A stretch of 64,000 bases of DNA from Patescibacteria group bacterium (lineage in GTDB: Bacteria > Patescibacteriota > Patescibacteriia > Patescibacteriales > UBA12465): the NCBI GenBank assembly GCA_041650715.1, contig JBAZKQ010000001.1, positions 587,146 through 651,145 on the forward strand, written 5' to 3'. The position numbers and the translations under genes are program-made. Each line of letters starts with the position of its first letter. The stretch's first letter is position 1. Shown piece after piece: positions 56,460-64,000 of this stretch. The notes below the pieces were generated by a model. That model was not told the origin of the DNA, ran no database searches, and saw only the letters and a program-made list of their open reading frames with translations.

Positions 56460-59400
56460 TTATTTGCAGCACGTTATCTTCTTTATTGTATCACAACTAC
56501 TGAGAGATCCGCGACCCCCACCGGCGGAAGCGAATATCCAAAAATGTCCTAATTTACTATTGGTGCTATCAACCCAGCCGCCGCAATCATCCGCCGAGAC
56601 AACCCCTGTATATCCTGGGGGCCCATCCGCAATCCAGGCATCCTGGCCATTGATAGAACTAAAGCCGGCCGAACCGTTAGCCTGAATCAAATAAATAATT
56701 TCATCTGTCCGGCAGAAATGGCTACCGGTCGAAACCGCGTTACAAATTTTATTGCCTGCATCGTAGCCGACATAGCCGCCTGTATAGGTTAAGCTGCCAC
56801 CGGAGCTTGAACTCGTCAAGAAAATTGAAGTGACTGCTGTGCTCGTCGAAATTGTGCTCGTGGCGGCCGCTATCAAACTTTTAACATAACCGGTATTGGC
56901 CAGTGCGTAATCATCCGTATTTAAATAAGTGCTTGTAAAATTATGGCCCGTATTGAGAGAGCCAGCGAGTGCAGCCAGACCGCCATTACCAATCGAGAAT
57001 ATATCATTCGGAGCGGTTGTACCGATACCGACATAATTCGTACTATTATCAATCGTGATACCGCTACCATATAATAGGAGAGAATTTTGATAATCATAAA
57101 CCGCTAAACGGGTGTCGCCTAAAGCATCATATAAACCGAATTCTTCCCCGGAAAAAGTAGCGCCGTTACCGAGATAACCGGAGTAAAGTCCGCCGTTTAG
57201 TTTACTGGTAAATAGAGCAACCGGCCCTTGCGGCGTTTCAACATGGAGGCGGACAGTCGTTGAAACTCCCCCGCCGATACTGACGCTGCCGTTCGATTGT
57301 AAACGCATGACTTCGGTATTGTTAACTATAAACGGGAGCGGATGGTCGGTAAGGGTACCGAAAAGTTCAGTACGCGTGACATTATTTCCGCCCTTAATCC
57401 AAGCAATACTACTGGTCGCGGTGTCGATTAAGGTTTTGACCATTCCGTAATTAACCAAAGCATAGTCATCCGAACTTAAATAGGTATTCGTGAAGTTATG
57501 CCCGGTATTGGATGATCCGCCTGGAGCAGAGTCGCCATTATTACCAATTGAGAATATATCATTCGGAGCGGTTGTACCGATACCGACATAGTTTAAATTA
57601 TTATCGATTGCGAGTGCGCCACCATATAATAAGAGTGAGTTTTGATAATCATAAACCGCTAAACGGGTATCACTCAAAGAATCATATAAACCAAATTCTT
57701 CGCCGGAGAAGGTGGCGCCGTTACCAATATACCCAGAGTAAAGTCCACCGTTTAATTTGCTGGTAAATAGAGCAACCGGTCCTTGCGGCGTTTCAACGTG
57801 TAAACGAACCGTGGTAGATGTTCCTCCGCCCAAGCTGAGACTGCCGTTGGCCTGGAGGCGCATAACCTCATTATTATTAACAATAAATGGAATGGGATAA
57901 TTAGTGTGGGTCCCGAAAGTTTCCGTTTGGGAAACATTATTTCCGCCCTTAATCCAAGCATTACTAATAGAGGTCTCAATACTGCTGGTCGCGATTGCGA
58001 GCACGGAGTTTACATAACCGACGTTGGTCAGAGCGTAATCATCGGAGGACAAATATGTGCTGGTGAAATTATGGCCAGTATTGCCCGACCCAGCAGGAGC
58101 TGCGCCAGCATTGCCGATAGAAAATATGTCGTTTGGCTCGGTCGTGCCGATGCCGACGTTGCCAAATTTTCCTAAAATATCAAGGCCATCACCAGTCGTG
58201 TAGAGTATTCTTCCCCATTCATGATCAGTTGCTCCATATTTAACTAAAGCCTCTCCGCCACCTACTCCATATGAACCCAATCTACCAGGATAACCAGCTG
58301 ATAAATTTTCATCCGAAAGAACAAAGTCCATCCCCTGCCCGACACCGGAATTATATAAACTAAGAATATTATAGCTATTTGCTTCTACCGATAGAGGGGC
58401 GGTAGGATTCGTCGTCCCAATCCCGACATTGCCACTTAATATATTTAAAGTATTATCTCCGTATCCAAATACTCCGGAGGTATCGGAATAATTAGCCATG
58501 TTTCCGCCTGGGGTATTAATAAAAGTATTTCCGTCTACATCGGAAAGAGTAAGAGTGTAAGCACTTATACCTCCGGCTACGCCCAATTTATTTCCTGGAG
58601 CAGTTGTTCCGATACCGACATTATTGGCGCTATTTAAATTCCAAATATTTCCGCCGGTTGATCCGCCCCAAAGAGCCGCACCGCTTGTGGCTGTTCCGAT
58701 CATCGTTTTCACTAAACCATAGTTAGCTAAAGCGTAATCATCAGAGCTTAAATATGTGTTTGTAAAATTATGCCCAGTGTTTCCTGAACCGGCCGGAGCC
58801 GAACCCGCGTTACCGATAGAAAATATATCATTCGGAACGGTGGTGCCGATACCGACGTTAGCGTCCGATTTTATAAATAAAGCGCTTGTCCCCGGGTTGC
58901 CAGAGCCCGTCGTATTATTAACTCTAAAATTATGTTCAAGCGCTGTATACCTAAGAGCTGGGCGAATCCCTCCCCAAGTATTTGCTGCGATAGAAAAAGT
59001 TCCTAAATCAATAATATCCGTGGTCCCCCAGCCAACAGATGGTGATCTTTGAGGAGTACCGATAGCTAAAGATTTATGTGTACCCCCAGCAAAACCATCC
59101 TCTCCAAAAATTGGAGCACCCAATATTGTTTCATCTCCGCGGAAAAAAATATTTCCTGGAACGCCCCAGCCATGAACCCAAGAAGATGGGCCAATGCCCA
59201 TCGCCTGAAAGGCTCCACCAAGAGTGCTACCACGAGCCGTTAAAACTCTAGACTCCCCCTCTGAAGAATTAACATACAGGGTCATTGTCTTATAATTATC
59301 AGCATAAGCTCTAATATTAAAATAATTTGAAGAATTTAGTTCACTTCTAAAAATACTATTACCATTTACATCTAACTTTGCAATTGGTGTTGTCGTCCCA

Positions 59401-61262
59401 ATTCCGACATTATTGGCTGTATTTAAATTCCAAATATTTCCACCCGTTGTGCCGCCCCAAAGAGCCGCGCCGCTTGTGGCTGTTCCGATCATTGTTTTCA
59501 CTAAACCATAATTAGCTAAAGCGTAATCATCAGAGCTTAAATATGTGTTCGTAAAATTATGACCTGTACTGCCCGAACCAGCCGGAGCCGCACCGGCGTT
59601 GCCTATGGACAATAAATCATTCGGAGCGGTTGTACCGATGCCAACGTTGCCGGCGTTTGTCAGGACAAAAGGTGTTTTATAAGCCGTACCATCATAATAA
59701 ATATATTTCCAACCCTTCCATTGGCTTGGAGCTATATAACTATTACTGCTATTTTTTTCCATTACTGTCTGAGTTATCCAACCTTGGTCTCCGGAATTGC
59801 CATTAAAATTTCCTACTTGCCAGGCAAAAATTGCTCGATTTCCAGTCGAGCCTATTTTACTATCCGCAGTAATCAATCCTCGATTATCTGTCGATGTGTC
59901 ATTAAAACTAAATCCGGTAATAGCATTAACTGGTAAATTTATATTAAAAAGAGTTGAATATGCTGCTAACCCCGTGCCGTCAAGACTTAATTTTGCCCCC
60001 GGATTAGTCGTCCCAATCCCGACATTGCCTAAATCGTCAATTCTCATCTTTTCCGAAGCATTGTTTTTGAATATGATATTTGAATATGTTGCGTTTGAGT
60101 TGTTATCGCTATCACCTTCTAAAATTAAATTTCCAATAGACTGGGCTGCAAACTGTGTCGTTGAATTTCCATCCAAAATACCGATACCCCCCATATACAA
60201 TTTTCCATTATTTGTAGTCCCAATACGTGTGCTAGTGGCAACATCTAAAGTATACAAAGGATTAGTCGTCCCAATTCCGACGTTGCCATTCTGAAGTCTC
60301 ATAACTTCTGAAAATGATGACCCCTTTGTCCAAAATGCTGTATCAATATTACTACCACCAGAAGAAGTAGGAAAACGTATAGCTGCATAATTTGTAGCAG
60401 TTCCCGTATTCATAAAATCAATAGAGGGAACAGTTGCCGAGTTACCATTATACCCCCCATGAATCCGCATAATTGAAACTGTCTGTCCTGCAGTAAGTTG
60501 ACCCGCATCTACATCCAATTTAGCTGCCGGTGTTATCGTCCCAATCCCCACATTCCCCGCCCCCGCCGCACCATTCCAAATATTTCCGTCATATGTTCCG
60601 CCCCATAAAGATAGAATTGATCCGGTGGCCGAGCCAATCATTGTCTTAACCAAGCCATAATTAGCCAAAGCATAATCATCGGATGATAAATATGTGCTGG
60701 TAAAGTTATGGCCAGTGTTGGCTGATCCGGCCGGAGCGACACCGGCATTGCCGATGGAAAAAATATCATTAACGGCCGTTGTCCCAATACCGACTCCCTT
60801 ATTAGTTATCCCTCCGAGGCCGTTAGACTGAGCAATAATAGACATGATATTTTCTCCGTCCAATTTAAATACATAGGCTTCCGGGGTACCATTAAGCGCG
60901 GCTGAGGTAACCGGCATATCGACAAAAGTTACCAAGCCGGAGTCCGGACTAAATTCAAAGCTCCCGATATTAAGCGGCGCGCCGACCTCGATTTGATCGT
61001 TGGCGTTAACTTTAAACATATTAACAACGCCTGTGCCCGCCGCGTTATTCGCGGAAATCCAACCATTATTTAATATCTGGAAAAGAGCTGTTGGATTCGT
61101 CATGCCGATGCCGACGTTTCCGTTCGTGCCGTTAACCGTAAAATAAGGCTGATTAATATTGGCCGCGTTATAAATGGTGAAATTCTTCGCTGCGGCAACT
61201 GAAAAAGACAGCAGTGAGCCGATTATTACCATCAATATTATTTTGTTGCCTTGATATTTCAT
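56460..61262 (-). CDS. Giant secreted fibre/adhesin-like protein with C-terminal Cys-rich lectin-like domain
   Basis: 1600 aa; signal peptide, six NDxxSIGN modules, tandem internal duplication, C-terminal AGNKIC...DCGGW...ITCCK. Confidence 0.8.
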   Translation of the reverse strand: MKYQGNKIILMVIIGSLLSFSVAAAKNFTIYNAANINQPYFTVNGTNGNVGIGMTNPTALFQILNNGWISANNAAGTGVVNMFKVNANDQIEVGAPLNIGSFEFSPDSGLVTFVDMPVTSAALNGTPEAYVFKLDGENIMSIIAQSNGLGGITNKGVGIGTTAVNDIFSIGNAGVAPAGSANTGHNFTSTYLSSDDYALANYGLVKTMIGSATGSILSLWGGTYDGNIWNGAAGAGNVGIGTITPAAKLDVDAGQLTAGQTVSIMRIHGGYNGNSATVPSIDFMNTGTATNYAAIRFPTSSGGSNIDTAFWTKGSSFSEVMRLQNGNVGIGTTNPLYTLDVATSTRIGTTNNGKLYMGGIGILDGNSTTQFAAQSIGNLILEGDSDNNSNATYSNIIFKNNASEKMRIDDLGNVGIGTTNPGAKLSLDGTGLAAYSTLFNINLPVNAITGFSFNDTSTDNRGLITADSKIGSTGNRAIFAWQVGNFNGNSGDQGWITQTVMEKNSSNSYIAPSQWKGWKYIYYDGTAYKTPFVLTNAGNVGIGTTAPNDLLSIGNAGAAPAGSGSTGHNFTNTYLSSDDYALANYGLVKTMIGTATSGAALWGGTTGGNIWNLNTANNVGIGTTTPIAKLDVNGNSIFRSELNSSNYFNIRAYADNYKTMTLYVNSSEGESRVLTARGSTLGGAFQAMGIGPSSWVHGWGVPGNIFFRGDETILGAPIFGEDGFAGGTHKSLAIGTPQRSPSVGWGTTDIIDLGTFSIAANTWGGIRPALRYTALEHNFRVNNTTGSGNPGTSALFIKSDANVGIGTTVPNDIFSIGNAGSAPAGSGNTGHNFTNTYLSSDDYALANYGLVKTMIGTATSGAALWGGSTGGNIWNLNSANNVGIGTTAPGNKLGVAGGISAYTLTLSDVDGNTFINTPGGNMANYSDTSGVFGYGDNTLNILSGNVGIGTTNPTAPLSVEANSYNILSLYNSGVGQGMDFVLSDENLSAGYPGRLGSYGVGGGEALVKYGATDHEWGRILYTTGDGLDILGKFGNVGIGTTEPNDIFSIGNAGAAPAGSGNTGHNFTSTYLSSDDYALTNVGYVNSVLAIATSSIETSISNAWIKGGNNVSQTETFGTHTNYPIPFIVNNNEVMRLQANGSLSLGGGTSTTVRLHVETPQGPVALFTSKLNGGLYSGYIGNGATFSGEEFGLYDSLSDTRLAVYDYQNSLLLYGGALAIDNNLNYVGIGTTAPNDIFSIGNNGDSAPGGSSNTGHNFTNTYLSSDDYALVNYGMVKTLIDTATSSIAWIKGGNNVTRTELFGTLTDHPLPFIVNNTEVMRLQSNGSVSIGGGVSTTVRLHVETPQGPVALFTSKLNGGLYSGYLGNGATFSGEEFGLYDALGDTRLAVYDYQNSLLLYGSGITIDNSTNYVGIGTTAPNDIFSIGNGGLAALAGSLNTGHNFTSTYLNTDDYALANTGYVKSLIAAATSTISTSTAVTSIFLTSSSSGGSLTYTGGYVGYDAGNKICNAVSTGSHFCRTDEIIYLIQANGSAGFSSINGQDAWIADGPPGYTGVVSADDCGGWVDSTNSKLGHFWIFASAGGGRGSLSSCDTIKKITCCK

Positions 61263-61333
61263 TGCGCTTTTTACTTCTATATTATATCACAGAAAATTGA
61301 TTTTTTTGTTTTGTCTACCGACTTTTATTTTTC

Positions 61334-63874
61334 CTATCGGCCTTTATCGTACAGCGACTGAACTTCGGCGGCGGAAAGTGCGCGATCATAAATGCGCAAA
61401 CTGGAAATCGAACCTAAAAAATAATCTGACATAGTCGTTCTACCCACATAAACATTATCTCCGCTTACTGCAATCGGGTATTTGGCCGGCGTCCCCGGCT
61501 GTCCGTTAACATAAAATGTACCATTTGAATTGGCGACATAAACCCAATCGCTGCTGGTCCCCTCGGCGTACCAAAAAGAATAACTTACTTTATTCCCCGG
61601 CACAGTAATTTTAATATTATTGCCATAGCTATCATAGCCGTTGAGTAAATCCTGAACGGAGGGTTCAGTGCCGTCGACGACATCAAAGCGAGGGTAAACC
61701 GTATAATGCACTATATTTGCATCATTCCCTTGATAGACAGCAAGTGTTCTGCCTCTGGCCGTAGTTGTTTCCGGTGCCCACTTAAAATCGACGGTTGTAT
61801 TTGCAAAAAAACCGCTCGTTTTATAAACTCCGGAATCGGGATGACGGGTCGTGCCGGTATAAGTATACGGAAAAACATGAGCAACCACTAAAACCCATTG
61901 CCCGACCGGTAACTGCGCCTCTGAAGGGACTGTATTTGTGCTCCAAAAATAAGGATTCGTATTATAAGTGCCCGCGGCCAAATTTATCACCCCACTGACC
62001 GAACCATAACCGTTTAACCCCGCATAATAACGTGCCGAGGTCGCACCGGCATTAGTCACTCTTTTTTCCCACCAAGACATACGATAGAGTTTTGTATTAT
62101 CAATCGGTATCGCACTATTATATATCCCCCCTGTAATGCCACTCTTCCAAACCGGAACTTCTCTACCCCAAGGGTCGGCGGCAATAACGCGACTATTTGC
62201 AGCTCCGTAAAGAGCGAAGGTGCCGATAGAACCCGTCTGTCCGTCTTTCCAGACGCGATAATTTAAGGTTAAATTTTCTAAATTATCTGCGGATAGAGTT
62301 GTGGCGTCTTCGGTAAAATTTGCGCCATAATTAATTCCACTATTTTCATAAGGTGTTTTATCCGCGACCTTACCCGTGGTGGCGCTATAATTATCACTAT
62401 CGAGCGGCCAATAGCCGAGCAGACCTTTCTGCAAAGAATCGGAAACAACTTTTGGTCTATTAGAATTATAAAGAGCGCTAACTTCATCTAAAGAAAGGGC
62501 GCGGTTATAAATGCGAACATCGCTAATGGCGGCCATTCCCCATTGCGCAGGAGAGGTTCCATTCCCCCAAGCGCCTATCCCAAAATTTGAATTATCGCAA
62601 GCAGTCGCCGGAACGGTTAAAGTAGAAATAACCTGTCCGCCGTTACCAATAATTGTTTCCGTTGTACCTTGTCTCATGATAACGATGTGATTCCATTGTC
62701 CATCTGGCAAGGTGACAAAAACTCCATATGGAGCGCTGGCTTGTTTTATGCCTCCGCCCCATGAATTTGCCACACTACTATTTCTTCCTAACCAAAAACA
62801 ATTAGTAAAATTTTTATCGGCCAATCTTTCATAGGCCCGGATATTGCCGTCATCTTTAAACCATAAAGCAACGGTGAAGTCCGTCAATTGGTTGGTAAAA
62901 TTAGTTGAAATTCTATTGCTTCCGTCAAAACTCATCGCTCCGTCCGCTTTGCCGTTCCGATCCGTTGTCAAAGTTGCTCCGTAATTTGTGCCGTTATTTT
63001 CATATGGCGTTTTATCGGAAACTCGGTTTGAAGTCGCATCAAAATTAGCGCCGTCGAGTGGCCAATAAGCGACCAGGCCGGTTTGTGTTGAACCGACAGT
63101 TAGTTTTGGTTTAGAGGAATTATAAAGCGCTTTAACCTCGGAGGCCGACAGAGCACGATTGTATATTTTTACTGCCCCGATACTACCTCCAAAATATTGA
63201 GACACGGGGCCCCGACCGATAATGACATTCGTCGCGTTTACGGCGGGAACTATTGTTTGCGCGCCAGACGTTTTATAGATTCCATCCTGATAAAGCGTCA
63301 CTGTTGTGCCGTTCCAGGTAGCAACAATATGTGTCCATTGATCTTTTACTGTATTGGGAAAAGAGCGGCTGAGGACGCTTCCGCCGTTTCTCATACCAAT
63401 ACCAATGACATTACTGGAAAAAGCATAGATGCCCCAACCGTCGGTATCCCAGCCGGCACTCGCCCCCTTACTAACCAGGTTGGGGTACGTATTCCCCGAC
63501 CATGTGGACGGTATTTTTACCCAAATGCTTACAGTCGCTCCTGCCTGTAGATTATAAATAGAGCTATTCCCCTGATTAATATAATCCGTCGTTCCATTAA
63601 AACTCATCGCGCCTGTGCTTTTACCATAATTATCCGGGACGAAGTTGGCGGCGTTAGCCGAAACACCATTATTGCCGATGGCGTTATCAGAAAAAACTTT
63701 AGTACTGGAATTATAATTATTCTGAGATAAACTTAGATCTAAAATTAAGCCATCATTATCATCCTGATAAGCATTGCCTCCAAATAAATTAAGCCCGGAA
63801 GCACTGGCAAAATAAGCCGCACCGGCCGCAATAATAATTAATCCAAGAATGATTGTCAGTTTTTTCTTCATCAT
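61334..63874 (-). CDS. Secreted LamG/concanavalin A-like multidomain protein
   Basis: Repeated GLVAYWPLD...AMSFDG...WxHIV...IYNRALSxxEVxxLY units. Confidence 0.88.
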   Translation of the reverse strand: MMKKKLTIILGLIIIAAGAAYFASASGLNLFGGNAYQDDNDGLILDLSLSQNNYNSSTKVFSDNAIGNNGVSANAANFVPDNYGKSTGAMSFNGTTDYINQGNSSIYNLQAGATVSIWVKIPSTWSGNTYPNLVSKGASAGWDTDGWGIYAFSSNVIGIGMRNGGSVLSRSFPNTVKDQWTHIVATWNGTTVTLYQDGIYKTSGAQTIVPAVNATNVIIGRGPVSQYFGGSIGAVKIYNRALSASEVKALYNSSKPKLTVGSTQTGLVAYWPLDGANFDATSNRVSDKTPYENNGTNYGATLTTDRNGKADGAMSFDGSNRISTNFTNQLTDFTVALWFKDDGNIRAYERLADKNFTNCFWLGRNSSVANSWGGGIKQASAPYGVFVTLPDGQWNHIVIMRQGTTETIIGNGGQVISTLTVPATACDNSNFGIGAWGNGTSPAQWGMAAISDVRIYNRALSLDEVSALYNSNRPKVVSDSLQKGLLGYWPLDSDNYSATTGKVADKTPYENSGINYGANFTEDATTLSADNLENLTLNYRVWKDGQTGSIGTFALYGAANSRVIAADPWGREVPVWKSGITGGIYNSAIPIDNTKLYRMSWWEKRVTNAGATSARYYAGLNGYGSVSGVINLAAGTYNTNPYFWSTNTVPSEAQLPVGQWVLVVAHVFPYTYTGTTRHPDSGVYKTSGFFANTTVDFKWAPETTTARGRTLAVYQGNDANIVHYTVYPRFDVVDGTEPSVQDLLNGYDSYGNNIKITVPGNKVSYSFWYAEGTSSDWVYVANSNGTFYVNGQPGTPAKYPIAVSGDNVYVGRTTMSDYFLGSISSLRIYDRALSAAEVQSLYDKGR

Positions 63875-64000
63875 ATCCCAATCATGAAATTACCGTTTGC
63901 ATCGAGCAGGATCGAACTCGAACTTGCGCTTGCCTTAAAAGTACCGACTATTTCCATTTTCTGGGTCGGTGTCGAGGTTCCAACGCCGACGTTCCCACTA
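63871..64000 (-). CDS. 3' end of another GNVGxGT-repeat protein (starts beyond the window)
   Basis: Reads GNVGVGTSTPTQKMEIVG...FMIGI*; TGA overlaps the ATG of the LamG gene (ATGA). Confidence 0.75.
   Translation of the reverse strand, partial: SGNVGVGTSTPTQKMEIVGTFKASASSSSILLDANGNFMIGI

Noticed and set aside
34463-64000. Prophage tail region
   Set aside because: The complete proteins carry signal peptides or TM anchors and no capsid, terminase, portal or integrase genes are present

Overview
Bacterial chromosome segment using the standard genetic code, most genes on the minus strand. Gene content and style (gatCA-ligA, GNVGIGT-repeat giant secreted proteins, free-standing LAGLIDADG ORF beside a tRNA, AT-rich leaders mostly without Shine-Dalgarno) suggest Patescibacteria/CPR (Parcubacteria-like); this is inference. 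Layout: surface-polysaccharide operon led by a small HTH gene (1-7.3 kb); housekeeping and accessory genes with two tRNA-Ser genes, att-like duplications, two PadR modules and a Bro-N pseudogene (7.4-33 kb); a >30 kb minus-strand cluster of secreted fibre/adhesin-like, LamG and cupredoxin genes (33.2-64 kb). The standout lies inside that cluster (41.3-46.0 kb): two tandem ~270-300 nt structured non-coding units, each closed by a 24-bp inverted repeat and carrying a conserved scaffold plus a variable hairpin cassette, directly upstream of three overlapping genes. These encode a group-II-like reverse transcriptase (VGDD), an ABC-exporter-like protein with a degenerate ATPase, and a membrane-anchored phospholipase-D-family protein. 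It matches no retron, DGR, group II intron or DRT system I can recognise and is a candidate novel RT system. All calls were made by eye without database searches.
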